Positions 19,330-31,300 of a DNA stretch of 64,000 nt are shown piece after piece; positions within the stretch are counted from its first letter, which is position 1, and each line of letters opens with the position of its first letter. The translations under genes were made by a program, and so were the position numbers. The DNA comes from a virus. The notes under the pieces are model-generated. The model made no database searches and was not told where the DNA came from. It was given only the letters and a program-made list of their open reading frames with translations. Where the stretch lies: IMG/VR virus record IMGVR_UViG_3300044713_000194, positions 32,001 through 96,000 of that record, one strand, 5' to 3'.

Positions 19330-19749
19330 ATGGTAAACGCACTTGATTACTTTAGTGAACAAGCCTACAACGAAGCTGTCGATGCCGAGCGCGAAGAGAC
19401 GATGGGTGACGGTTACCGCAACGAATCCCAGCGGTTGTTCGCTCACTCTAGCAACACGATTCCATACAGGGATGAGAGCGCCAAGATCGACGCGCTGGCC
19501 GCCGCTGGCAAGTTCGTGGTCTATCGCATCGTCGAGGTTTGCTGCCCGCATACCGACGCGTTGATTCGCGTCGAGGAGCGCATCTCTTCAATTCACGACA
19601 CCTATGTGGCGGCATCCGATGCCGCGCACGGACCCGATGGAGACTTTGACGATATGACCGGCATCCGGATGCCGCAGGCGGAAGTTACGCCGGAACCCCG
19701 GTCGGTCGTAGACGTGGCCGAAGGTGAAACCTGGGACATTCCCTTCTAA
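19330..19749 (+). CDS. hypothetical protein with C-terminal WDIPF (SSB-tail-like)
   Basis: AGGAG RBS; acidic tail ending DIPF. Confidence 0.7.
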   Translation: MVNALDYFSEQAYNEAVDAEREETMGDGYRNESQRLFAHSSNTIPYRDESAKIDALAAAGKFVVYRIVEVCCPHTDALIRVEERISSIHDTYVAASDAAHGPDGDFDDMTGIRMPQAEVTPEPRSVVDVAEGETWDIPF

Positions 19750-19757
19750 GGAGCAGT

Positions 19758-19979
19758 ATGGCAACAGCAGCCGCAGTGCCTGTGCCTGATTTCCTGGTGT
19801 TGGATCATGGATCAGTCGTGATCCTGATGTCAATGAACGACGATGCCCAGACTTGGTTCGACGAGCACGTCTCGTGCAAGTGCTGGCGGACATGGGGGCC
19901 GCGCGGCGTCGCCGTTGATCCACGCTACGTGGACGGTCTGGTCGAGGGTATGATCGAAGAAGGGTTTACGGTCCAGTAA
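19758..19979 (+). CDS. small hypothetical protein
   Basis: AAGGAG RBS. Confidence 0.7.
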   Translation: MATAAAVPVPDFLVLDHGSVVILMSMNDDAQTWFDEHVSCKCWRTWGPRGVAVDPRYVDGLVEGMIEEGFTVQ

Positions 19980-19981
19980 CT

Positions 19982-20266
19982 ATGAAGACTTTCGAAACCG
20001 GCGAGACGAAGCGGGATCTCACCAGCACTGTGGCCGTAGTAGGACCCGCCGACAAATACACCACCGAGGAGCTAACCAAGATTGTCGCGTGCGCCGAGAA
20101 GCTAGACGCCCAGTACGATCGCCTCTTCCCTTTCCGGCGCGGCTGTAACATGACTGTCTTCGACAAAGACGCTCCCGACTGGTGGCTGCGTAAGCGGTTT
20201 AGCTGGTACATGGGACCGATGTATTCCGAGTCCCTGGATGAAGCGATTGCGTTTATGCTGCGCTAG
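19982..20266 (+). CDS. small hypothetical protein
   Basis: Tightly coupled ORF. Confidence 0.65.
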   Translation: MKTFETGETKRDLTSTVAVVGPADKYTTEELTKIVACAEKLDAQYDRLFPFRRGCNMTVFDKDAPDWWLRKRFSWYMGPMYSESLDEAIAFMLR

Positions 20267-20318
20267 TCTAAAGATGGACCCAAATCCCATTTTCAGCAAT
20301 CATAAGTAAAGGACCCAG

Positions 20319-20828
20319 ATGCGTTCGAAACTTCTCAATCCGCCCGACGCCGCCCGGCCCATGCTGGATCACTTTGCCGCACTCAACCGGCGCACCCAGG
20401 CTGCCCGTAAGGAGGCTGCCGAGCCCGAGGTGGGCATCTTCTTTGTTTACAATGGTCGCGTCCTTGTAGACGGAACCCCTGTGAGCCAGGCGGAGTCCTA
20501 CGGCAACTTCAAAGGCCACAATGTCGGCCACGACCGGTATTGGGACAATCTCAAGAAGGTTGATCTTGTTCCTCGTGATGTCGAATACGACGAGGTCCCA
20601 AGAGGGCGTGTCGGATACGACACTAAGGAGCGAAAGTTTTTCATTTTTGCCGACCCTTGCATCTTGAAAGATCAGCGGGCCATTGACCAGGTGGAGCGTC
20701 TTCTACATCTCCCCTCGGTCAACATGGCACCTCCAAAGCGGGATTCCCACTATAGGTGTCCCGGATGTATGAAGACGCAAAAATCGACGAAGCGGCTTCA
20801 ACAGGAAGAGGAAGATTGGGATTTCTGA
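20319..20828 (+). CDS. hypothetical protein (PRGRV motif)
   Basis: AAGGA RBS; globular-looking sequence after RKEAA. Confidence 0.7.
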   Translation: MRSKLLNPPDAARPMLDHFAALNRRTQAARKEAAEPEVGIFFVYNGRVLVDGTPVSQAESYGNFKGHNVGHDRYWDNLKKVDLVPRDVEYDEVPRGRVGYDTKERKFFIFADPCILKDQRAIDQVERLLHLPSVNMAPPKRDSHYRCPGCMKTQKSTKRLQQEEEDWDF

Positions 20829-20830
20829 TT

Positions 20831-21076
20831 ATGGCCGAAACAACACAAGAGACGAACTGGTGGGGCGAGATCTCGCACCCGAGCGACCAACTGGTGCACT
20901 GGTCCCGCACCAAGAACACCGATGAGGCCCGGCGGGAGATCGCTGAGTTGCGAACCGCATGGGACCTCATCCACGCCGACCCCAAGATCGCCGCCGCAGC
21001 CAAGGTACTAATCCACTGGACGATCGAACTCGAAGGGTCGAACGCATCGGAGGCGGCGGCGGGCGCGGACCTGTAG
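20831..21076 (+). CDS. small hypothetical protein
   Basis: ATG two bases after upstream stop. Confidence 0.6.
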   Translation: MAETTQETNWWGEISHPSDQLVHWSRTKNTDEARREIAELRTAWDLIHADPKIAAAAKVLIHWTIELEGSNASEAAAGADL

Positions 21077-21084
21077 AGGGGATC

Positions 21085-21114
21085 TTCGCCGATTCTCGTT
21101 CGACGCGCCAGAAT
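21085..21114 (+). promoter_or_regulatory. class A promoter
   Basis: TTCGCC-N18-CAGAAT. Confidence 0.75.
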
Positions 21115-21119
21115 ATGGG

Positions 21120-21416
21120 GTGGGAGGAACCGTGACAAAGAAGCAAGCGCTCCTCAAAGCAAAAGAGCTTCTAGGCGATGACGCCTTCGCAATCCTCACT
21201 ACCGTAGATGCCGAGCGGGATCGTGCAATGCAGAACCGCTTTGGCAGGTCGGCTCGATCATTCACGGTTGGCGTCAATAGGGGCGGCGTTCTGATACCCT
21301 ACGGCGCGGCGGATGGCTGGCAGGCGGCGCTCCGAAGTGCCGCAGTTTACCAGCCCGGCAACGAGAACAGATTTGCCGATCTCCGCAAGGCATACATCGC
21401 ACTCAATCGCACCTAA
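21120..21416 (+). CDS. small hypothetical protein
   Basis: GGAGG RBS before GTG at 21132. Confidence 0.65.
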   Translation: MGGTVTKKQALLKAKELLGDDAFAILTTVDAERDRAMQNRFGRSARSFTVGVNRGGVLIPYGAADGWQAALRSAAVYQPGNENRFADLRKAYIALNRT

Positions 21417-21467
21417 TCTAGCCGATTCCATTTTGCCAGGCCAGAGCATTGTATAGGAGACTGAACC

Positions 21468-22067
21468 ATGCCGACCGTCACGCACGTTTTATGGCCCAAG
21501 ATGGGCCTCGATTACGGAAAGATGTTCAAAATTACCTCTATGTCTGAGCTTCATTCTTATTGGGATGAGGGCCGAGCAGTGAGGTTGCGCGACGGCATGA
21601 ACAACTACCTCAATAGCGCGGAGTTTGCGCGCCAAACTGGGGTGAATTCACTATGTCAGCACCACCTGTCACACCCCGACGCCGCGTACCTGGACATCGC
21701 CTGTACGGGCGAATCCATGAAGGACTCACCACGCAGCGTCGTTGAAGTCACCGTCGATGCTTTTAACGGAATCCTATTCGGGATGGTAGACGTCCTGGTC
21801 AAGTTCGGTGCCATCTACGTCAATGAGCAAGGCGGTTACTTTACACTCAGCGACGGCATGGAGGAGAAAAGTTCTCAGACCGTTGCAAGCTGGGTCATTC
21901 CGGGTGCCGACATTCGTGTTAAGCATTGGCCGCGCGGTACCCACTGGTACGCCTACGTCGGTTCCGTATCCGTTACCAGGGATGGAAAGAACAGTTGGGA
22001 TACCAAAGACGAGGCTTACGAGAATGCCCGCCTCTGGGCGAAAGAGCATCGAGTCAAACTGGAATAG
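21468..22067 (+). CDS. hypothetical protein
   Basis: AGGAG RBS; 199 aa. Confidence 0.7.
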   Translation: MPTVTHVLWPKMGLDYGKMFKITSMSELHSYWDEGRAVRLRDGMNNYLNSAEFARQTGVNSLCQHHLSHPDAAYLDIACTGESMKDSPRSVVEVTVDAFNGILFGMVDVLVKFGAIYVNEQGGYFTLSDGMEEKSSQTVASWVIPGADIRVKHWPRGTHWYAYVGSVSVTRDGKNSWDTKDEAYENARLWAKEHRVKLE

Positions 22068-22173
22068 TAGGCGTGGTTTTGAGGCGGAGGCGGTTGTAAA
22101 AAGGAACGCTATCGTCGCATCCGCCCGAAAGCTATACCACGACGGCTCCTTCCGGGGATAGAGTCCCGGAGAC

Positions 22174-22203
22174 TTAACCGCTTTCACGCCGACGCGCCAG
22201 AAT
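22174..22203 (+). promoter_or_regulatory. class A promoter
   Basis: TTAACC-N18-CAGAAT. Confidence 0.65.
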
Positions 22204-22224
22204 GTAGTGTAGGGGGATTGAGCG

Positions 22225-24006
22225 ATGGGCAAGGTAGCCATGAGGGCTCAAACGAGAGCGAGCACCAATCCGCAGAAGGCACCCGCGCCGCTGCCGCCTC
22301 ACCCATTCTGGAAAAGCATGAAAGACGGGAAATGTGCACGCATCAAGCTGGTCACTGGCGAATTGGTTCGCTGTGGACTGCCCGAGAACGACCCAATCCA
22401 TGTAGACGAGGAAGAGGGAGCATGAGGCGCGGCGTGCGATGGATCGATGGCCGCGAGTTCCTGCTATGTGGGCGCGAATCCAGCCGCGAGGATGCCGAGC
22501 GGGCCAAAAAGACGCTGCGCGATAGCTGGGAACGCGTGCGAATTGTCAAGCTGAACAACTGGGATTTCATGCTCTACGTGCATGGCGGCAGGCCGACGAG
22601 TAGACTCAGCTAAGGAGAATCGATGAACGTTTACGAGTTCCAACCCGGCGATCTCGTCAAATTTTGCGGTGATGAGGCGACGGTCCTCTCAAATTACGGC
22701 GACCGAGGCGTCGTTCGTCTGGGCAGTGGCCAGGGCACCTGCCGGTGGCATTGGAGCATTTTCGGCGAGTCCGTTAAGCTTGTCCGGAAAGGCGACGCGA
22801 GTGTCCGCACAGGGGTGCCGCGCGACACCGAAGTTCGTGTCGTGGAGGAGTAATGAGCGAGAGAAGCGTTTGTTCGCAATGCGGCGTCACATCGGTGGCC
22901 TATACCGAAAAGCGGCTGGGACAGGGGGTCATCGTGCAACGGGACCACATGCCCGTCACTTTTGTGATTCGGCTCCGGCCCGGCACCACGACGACGTATG
23001 TAGTCACGCCTGAGGTTGAACACCTCGACGTTCATATCCGCTCTCTGAACGATGGGAAACTCGACTACGCGATCGACGTCCCGCTCTGGCAGTATCGTGA
23101 GGCGCTCAGGGCGTTTGAGGCCGACGTACGGGTCGAGTCCCTATACACGGAGCATTCGGCTCCGGTCTGCGCGTCCCATCAGCACTTTCATGAGACCACC
23201 CAACCACAGGCCCGCTATGCCTAAATCCGCGCATGAAGAGGCGCTCGGACGCATCGTGTGGCTGGCCCGCGAGTGGAGCGCCAACCGGCTGGGCGGAGTG
23301 GCTATCCAGCGGAAACGCTGGGAGACACTGGCGGAGATCGCGGGCGCTGCCTTGGCTCCTTCGGAGCCGACGCCGGAGATCAATGATCGGCCCGCGCCGA
23401 AGGGCCGGACGTGCTTAAGCCATGATTGAACCGCCCAAAACAACCCCGGAATACATGCACCCCGCCTGGGCTGCGGCTCTACAGGCCGCGCTTCTGAACG
23501 ACGACATTCGAGGGGCGTTTGAACGTGAGACCGGGATGCGGTGGGCTCCCCCTCGCCATCCTATCGAGACCATGATCGACGAATCCACCGGCTTTACCAG
23601 TGACTTCATCCATAAATTCGCGGACTGGTTCAACCGGAACGTCTGGGGAGATGTGACTGCGCCCGACGAAACTGAACGGCACCAGTCTGAATAAAAAGCG
23701 GCCCCGATTGCGTAGTTCGGGGGGATTGAGCGGATAGGTCACAGTTCGACGATGACACGGCCCGGGAAGTCCCATAACGGAGGAGAAATGAAGCAGGGAG
23801 ATATGGCGCGGGCAATCACTCAAATTGAGTTCACGACCGAATACAACTCGAAAACAGATTCCGTTGTCGGTCATCTAAAGGCTACGCGGGTCGATGGGAC
23901 CTCAACCACGCACACAATCGACTTTAGTCGGGACCTGATCTCGGTTGTTCCCGGGGCGGAGCGGGTTGTCCAGTCATTGAGTTTCATGCTCCGTGAAGGG
24001 CGGTAA
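22225..24006 (+). other. run of small coupled hypothetical genes (22225-22425, 22422-22613, 22623-22853, 22853-23224, 23217-23429, 23422-23694, 23788-24006)
   Basis: Overlapping start/stop codons and RBSs; no recognisable domains. Confidence 0.6.
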
Positions 24007-24018
24007 GCATCTCTTGTC

Positions 24019-25299
24019 TCATGATTGAATGCGACCAAACGTAATCGACCGACCGACCTGCGGATCGGGGTTCTCCCAGTGCTTCCCTGGCACCGTGGTC
24101 GCCTCGTAGATCGGCTCCGCGCCGCCCTTGCCATCGAGAGGGTCGCCCGTGACAGCCGGGTTGTAGATAACGGGCTCCTCCGGCGACGCGATCGGGATCA
24201 GGTAGCGGGTGTCGCCTGGCGGCAGCAACTCCACATCGAAATCCTGCTGGAGCAGAACCCCGCGAGGCATCTTGTAGGTGACGTTTGAAATCACCAGACG
24301 CTCACCGTTGCGGCGGATGATCATGTCGCCGTCCTGGACGATCGGCGTCGGTCCCAGGAACGACTTCGATGGCCGTTCCACCTTGATACCACCCTCATCG
24401 AGCGTGCGTACTGCCGGTGAATCGGGATCGATGAACTGCATGTCGTAGGGGCCATAGTAACCCCCCACGTAGCCAACCTCGAAGCATATCGGGCACCGGG
24501 TACGGGGTGTACCGGTCTCGGTCGTGGTGCAGCCACACAGTTCCCCTGCCCGCTTGCGGTACATGAGGTAAGTTGGCTCCGCGACCTGCTCAAAAATCCA
24601 CTGGTTACGGCGCACCATTTCGTGCTGCATGTAGTCCATCCGATCCACTTCAATCGAATTGACGACCTCGGTCCCCGGAGCGCCGGGAGCATGGAACTCA
24701 CCGTGATCCCCGACTGGCACGACAGTGTAGTAGGTCCGGATCAGGTTGGCCGCGATGTCCACATAGTTCTCCACCGTGTGGAAAATAGCGGTAAATGATT
24801 CAACCTGCTCATAGTTAATGATCGGCCAGGCGGCTACGGAACCGGCCTCTGGAGCGGCGGCACCCTGAACAGCCTCGCCGATTGGAAGGGTCACGGTCTG
24901 ATCTATCGCGCTCACCATCCCGGAGCGCACAACTTGCTTGGTGCCATTCTGATAGGAGACCTCGATCAGGACATCCTCCGGCGCGGACAGATACTTCACC
25001 TTGCCGTTCTCGACCTTCGACGCAGGCATCTCCGGGATCTTGAAAATGCGCGGGCCGGTAACGCCATTTTGATCGATCCAATCGGTGGTCTGGATGGGGT
25101 ATTTGACCAAGCGCAGGCGCGTGGAGTCGCGAAAGAAGTGGCCCGGGACGGGGCCGTCTTTGTTCAGCTTGACCCAGTTGAAGGGGGCGTCGAAGGCGCG
25201 ATAGACGTTGTAGCCTTTTGTCGCCTTAGGGACGAGCGGAAACCAGAGGTCCCGACTGCCTGAGTAGGCGCTATTGAGAATGAGTAGACCCCGGACCAA
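24019..25299 (-). CDS. neck / head-tail connector-like structural protein
   Basis: 426 aa; CGC...CPICFEVGYVGGY motif; AGGAGG RBS. Confidence 0.6.
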   Translation of the reverse strand: MVRGLLILNSAYSGSRDLWFPLVPKATKGYNVYRAFDAPFNWVKLNKDGPVPGHFFRDSTRLRLVKYPIQTTDWIDQNGVTGPRIFKIPEMPASKVENGKVKYLSAPEDVLIEVSYQNGTKQVVRSGMVSAIDQTVTLPIGEAVQGAAAPEAGSVAAWPIINYEQVESFTAIFHTVENYVDIAANLIRTYYTVVPVGDHGEFHAPGAPGTEVVNSIEVDRMDYMQHEMVRRNQWIFEQVAEPTYLMYRKRAGELCGCTTTETGTPRTRCPICFEVGYVGGYYGPYDMQFIDPDSPAVRTLDEGGIKVERPSKSFLGPTPIVQDGDMIIRRNGERLVISNVTYKMPRGVLLQQDFDVELLPPGDTRYLIPIASPEEPVIYNPAVTGDPLDGKGGAEPIYEATTVPGKHWENPDPQVGRSITFGRIQS

Positions 25300-25353
25300 A
25301 GCGAACGCCTCCTATTAAGGAGGCGAGTAGCCGAGACCTGTGTATCTGGTTGC

Positions 25354-28300
25354 TTATTTTGCAGCAAGACCGGCGCTGAAGCCGGACATCCAGTTGACGA
25401 TGCCCAGCATGTCACTCTGGCGAAAGCGCTTGTCTACCATAAGGTAGGTACCGTCTGCCAAGGTCTCAACCGAGAACGTGTAGTAACGCTTCCAGGGAGA
25501 AGCATTGAGCGCAGCGGCGATCTTCTCACCGAACTCGGGATTGACCTTATCGATCGCGCGGAGTTGCGCGGAAATCTCTTTCGATGCTGCCATCTTGGCT
25601 CCTTCTTCACCATATTCTGGCGACTTGTCCGCGATCCGGCGAACATCGTCTTCCGGAAGATGGCTCGCCGTCCTCACCCAGAATTTCCCTTTAAGCGGCC
25701 CGGCGTTCAGGTCCTGTTGCTTGAACCCGAAGCTCTTCGCCAGATTGTCGTAGTACATCTTCACTTTACCGGGCTCGACGGCCTGGTCCCGCGCAGCGAT
25801 TGAATCGACCGTATGCAAGGCTACGTGCTTGATGCCATGACGCCGCGCGATCTCCAGCAACGTCGAGAGCGCGTGCGAAGCCCAGTCCTTGAAAAGATGG
25901 GTAAGCTTGTCCTTGATCTCGTCCAGCTTCTCGGCGGTATAGCCCTGGGCGATGAACGAACGCCGGACCTGGGTGAACCGGGCGGCATCGATTCCCTTCT
26001 CGCGTATCGCCTCCCGAATTTTTTCACTCTGAACCTTCTCCATGAACTCGGCGAAGGTGCGCGATTCCACGATCGCCTTTGCCTGGGTAACAGAATTCAC
26101 CAGATCGGTCTGAACCTCGTCCACAAGCAGGTAGTGCTCGTTGACGAAGTCCACGCGGAGCCAGCCTACGGTCTTGTCACCGGACGGGTGGCCCGACATC
26201 GTGCTCGACTGGCGCACCATGTCCACATACTGCTCAAGGACTGGGTCCTCAGCAAGAATGCTCTCCGCGTTTGCGCCCTGGTTGATCTGCAAGACAAGCT
26301 GCTCAACATCGCGGAAGGAATTTTCGCCTGCATGGTATCGATCGAAAGAAACCTCGTAGTCCGGCGCGGCGGTCTCGTGATAGGACTCCAGCCATTGGGC
26401 CAGGTCCTCGCGCGTGACGACGGGACGGTTGTGCCGGATCTCATTCAGGAGCGGCGTGTACTTCTGTGCGATCTGTTGGAACTGCTTCTGGAACCGAGCC
26501 CACGGCAGTGAATCCACATTGTTGTCACCATACCACTGGTAGACGCGACGGATGGCGTCGTATTCCTGGGTAAGCGGGCGGTCCGGAATATGAAGCTGGT
26601 TGGGGATTGAGGCGGTCTTATCCGCGTCCGGATGCAGATTCTCCACCACGCCGTCCGGGGACTCTTGTTTTTTCTTCCGGTAGGTCACAAGCTGAGGATA
26701 GTCGTTCTCCCATCCGGCGTACGGCTCAATACCTTTGTCGATTGCCTTGAACATCGCGGAGGCGTGGTCCCAGGTGGGGTGTTTTTTGATCAATTCCAAA
26801 GCGTGCTGGACCATCTTTGCCGCCGTTTGCTCGCCGGTAATGGAGTCGTGTTCCTCCTGAGTGATCGTCTCAAAATTCTGTTTTGGGTCCTGGCGGCCCA
26901 GGGATACCCGGCAAGCGTGGGCACCCTCCTCCAGGATCGTCGTCATCTGATCCTGGCTCTGAGGATTCATGAAGATCGTCATCTTCCCCTGGTAGCTTCC
27001 GAGGGCTCCATGAAAAATGTAATCCTTGTTATCAACAACACGACCGTTCTCCACTGCTTTGTTCAGCGCCATAATGGGAACGTTCAGTGCTTTCCGGTAG
27101 AGGTCGCGAAGCGCCTTGCCTTGTAAGAAATCGCCTAGTGTACCGATGATCTGTCCATTGCGAGCACCGCGAAGCTTTCCATAAAGGTCCATGCTCACGC
27201 TGCATGGTTGATTTTCAGAGAGGTATTGCGTCTTTGGGACCTCGTGGGGCTCCTTCTTGGCCGCCACTTTACTCGACGGCGCATACCTCCCTATAATGTC
27301 CTCGCCTTCCTCCCACAGCTTCTCGACCTTCGCGGTCTGCTCCTCGTTCTGTGGATAGGCGGAGCCGCTAAGGCCGATGGTCGGCGACTTCAAATAGAAA
27401 CGGTCGTTCGTCTTGAAGAGCTTGTAGCGGTAGCTGCCTGGGTTTTTGTGCTCGACTATTTCGGTAATGCGCTTCTCCATCTTCGGACTCAACCGGCTCG
27501 CGTGCGCCCACATGAGCTTTCCGTTCACGTACCGGTGCATCAGGACAAAGAAAGGTTTGATCACCGACTCATCGACCACATAGCTCTCGTCCGAATGCGG
27601 CGTAACGAATCCCTCGCCATATTTGGCGTTGAAGCGGGCCGCGATTGCGAGCCATGATGGGCCGTGTCCCTTGGTGAAGTCGTACTGCTGGCGAATCTTA
27701 AACAGCTTATAGCCTTTCTCCTCCAATTCCTTCCACTTATTGACGAGGTTGTCCTCGTGGTGAGCCAACTCGTGGGCGAGGACGCGGCGCACAGTATTTT
27801 CATCGCTCATGATCGATTTTTGAAGCTCGATCGTTGTATTGAGAGCCCCGTGAGGGTCCCCGTTTTGCTGTTGCCCGAACTTCCAAACATCACACCCGAG
27901 CCAACCTGCACTGGGCCGGTTGACGATTTTGACTTCCGGCGTTTCAAGCCCCGGCTGGAGTACTGCCATCAACTCGGTTAGAATAGGACGCCAGTTTACC
28001 TGCTCGGCTGCGATGTGCGCCCGCTTGGAGTATGGCTCCAGGTTCTCATCATTGAGGAGAATATAATCATCGAGTTCTGAAGCTTCGGGCGGAATTTCCC
28101 CATCAAAGTAAGCGTTCAAAACCTTTTTCAAATCGGCCCACGTCACGACGTATGCCTCGATTTCAGCCTTCTTAGCGTTCAGTGCCGCCTGAAGCCGATG
28201 GTTCCCGTCCAGGACAAGGTAATGACCATTCCGACGTTTGGCAACGAGGATCGGAGACAACTCCCGACCTTCTTCCAGGCTCTTCGATAGAGATGTGACC

Positions 28301-31300
28301 TTCCCCTTATCCGTCGAATTGAAGAAATCGAACTTCTGCGGATCGGTGAGTGGTAGAGTCTCCGTCGTTGCGATGGCGAAAATCTCACCCAACCTACGTC
28401 CGGCCTTTTTCGACGCGGCGAGCTTCGGCTCACTGGCCGGACTTTCGATCGAAGGAACGTCGAGCACGTGTACCTGTTTTGGATCGAAAATCACGATGTT
28501 GCGAGGTGTTATTGAACCCTCCGCCTTGATTCCACCAAAACCAGTTTCCTGGATTATACGGTCGAGGAACGCCCAATTAGGTTCGCCGCGCGGATCACTC
28601 CAAATCTCCGCCCTATGCGTGTCGTAAAACTCAGCCCCCTTCTTGCGTCCATAGAGCTTCTCCAGAATCGCCAGAGGTGTGTTGGGCGATTCGGCGTTGA
28701 TCGTCAGTAACCGCACATCTCCGATCGAGAGCGAAAGAATCTGATGATTCTCATGCTTCTTGAAATGCGGGTGCATCGGCTGCTCGCTGACGTAGACGCC
28801 GGGGCCGAGTTCGCCCCCCACACTCGGGCGAAACCCCTCCCTGCGAATCACATCTGCAACGCCGGTCGAGTGGTAGTAGATTTTATTTTTGGAAGCGGTG
28901 ATGCTTGCCTTCTCGGGATTGAAGTCGCCGTTGTTACCTATTGCGCTCTTGATCTGGTTGGCGCTAAAGACCGCATAGATGTTGCCCGACGCAGGTGTGC
29001 CGTCATAGCCGTTCTCGAAGATGACACCATCGTTACCCTGTTTCTTGGCGCTCTCAATCTCACGACCCTTGACATAGCGGATGTCGTATACAGTCTTATT
29101 TCTAAGATTGAAATACTCGCCGCGAAACTCATCGGGCATTTTTGCCAGATCAACAATTCGTGGGTCCTTCAGTGCCAAATACACCGGCATTAAACGTGCC
29201 CCATCGCGCCAGCCACCAAAGTAGGTTGCAACTTCAGGATTCGAAGCAAACCAGGACACCCCAGCGATATTGTCCACGGGACTATCACTCGCCCGCTCAC
29301 CCTTGTCCGGGTCAAAGGTGTCAAAGTAGGCATTAGTACCGTGATAAACGCGCAACGGACGTCTATGGTCATCGACTACCTTCGACCCGGCAAACCACGC
29401 CTTAAATGCCTGGGTCTCGGTGATGTCACCCGGCTGACCCATCCAGTCCTGGTCTTGTGTCGGCCCATCGGCAGTCTTCGCTATAGTGCCGTTCAGCGTA
29501 ATAACCTTCCTCTCCTTGCTCGGCGTAATGACGGTGACTTCACGAATTGTGAAGCTCTTCCCTTTCGTAGTGTCCAGCCCCACATATTTAGCTTCCGCGC
29601 CCGGCTTGACGTATGCGATCGTGCAATGGGGCTTGTAATCGAAGTTGGGCTCGGTGAACCAGTGACCGTTCGTCCTATCACCTTGGCGGCCCAGATAATC
29701 GTTGACCTCAAACAGTTCGGGGCATTCGACCGGTGCAATTATGACCGCAGCATTGTCGCTCGACTCGGAAGGCGGGAACGACGCAGTACTTCCGAGTTTG
29801 GCCTGCATAGGGGGTACGGTGCCGAGATATGCCTCGATAGCCGAAGTGTCCTCGAACTTGACGCCGTAACGTACGGTAACGTGGTTTTTACCGACGCGGG
29901 CTCCCATGCCAGCAAGATCCGTCACGTCGATTTGATCGCGCACTTCCTCGATAGCCTCGTTGGCGGCGCTATCTTCGGGAAGGTCTGCCTGGACAGTGCC
30001 ATAGCTGACCTTGGCGGGTGCGTTGGCTCGTTTCTGCGTTGCATCTAGGGGGATCACATACCGGTTCAGCCTCTCGTCGAAGCTCACGGGGTATCGCTGC
30101 TTAAGATGATCCCACGCTCTTTCGTCGGTCGGCTGGCGTTGATCGTCAGAAAGGAAGAACTTCGCGCCGCGCTTCTTCGCTTCCGCAATGGCCTTATCGT
30201 AAAGAATCTGGCCAAGGCCCGTACCGCGCCATTTGGAGTCCACTCCGATATAGCGCAAGCGAAAGGCCTTTTGCCCGTCATATCTCGTGCGATATACTGA
30301 ACATCCCCCGACATGCCGTATCTCGGCAGGCTCATTCCGGAGTTCTGCGACCAGGTCGAACATGGGACCGTCGTTAGTGATCCGTAATTCCAACTCAGAG
30401 ATTGGAGTCGGCGGTTGCTTAAGTTCGGCCTGCTTCGACGCGTAATGCTGGGGCCGCCGCGCCTCAACAGCCTTACAGTTGCTGAGAACGAACCACTCCG
30501 CCTGCATCCCGCTGTAGTGACTCTCACCCTGTCGAACGCGCATACGCCAGGTCACGAGGGACTCAAGCGCCACACCTTGCACCTTACCGACCGTCTTCCA
30601 GACGATTCCGTTCGGGCCATCCGCGAAACCCGCAGCAGTCTTGTAATTCGCGGACCACGATAGAAGCGGGAAGTGGCTCCCTGTCCAAACCGCCTTTCCG
30701 TCGTGATAGTAAGAGTCGGCCCCGGAGTAATATGGTTCTCCGCGATATAGACACTTGTCCTCGGGATCGGCGGCCCACGGATTTGGAGTGAGAGTTGGTA
30801 CTGTTTTGATCAACGCCACCAGCTTGTCTGTGAGCGGCGATTCGCTGAGAATGTCCGGGTGTTGAACGTAGGATGTGATAAGATTCCAGAGATCGTCGTC
30901 ATTCGCAATCTCATAGCAGACCTTGTCATACTTCGTTTTAGGAGTTCCATCGTCGTCAAATGCAGCGGCCTTTGGCCCCTTACGCCGATTCAAGTTCCAA
31001 CGATTCGGCTTATCGGAAAAATGGCTTGGAGCCAGTTCTTCACCGAGTTCAAAATCCTCGCGCGAAATGGGCGCAGTTTCATCCTCTTTAAGAGCCCGCA
31101 CCACGTTAGTCAGGAACTTGCGAAAAATCGGCGCTCCGACCGTGGGGTTGAAGAGATAGATGCGATAGTAGCTCTGAAATGCGTTGCTCTTCCGCGAGAG
31201 AATATCCCAGCCGCCTTTGCGCCGAATCCAGATGTAGACTTCGCGGTCCTCCATCCCCGACTCGCGAAAATCGTGTACGGCCTGGCGAGCAAACGCGGCG

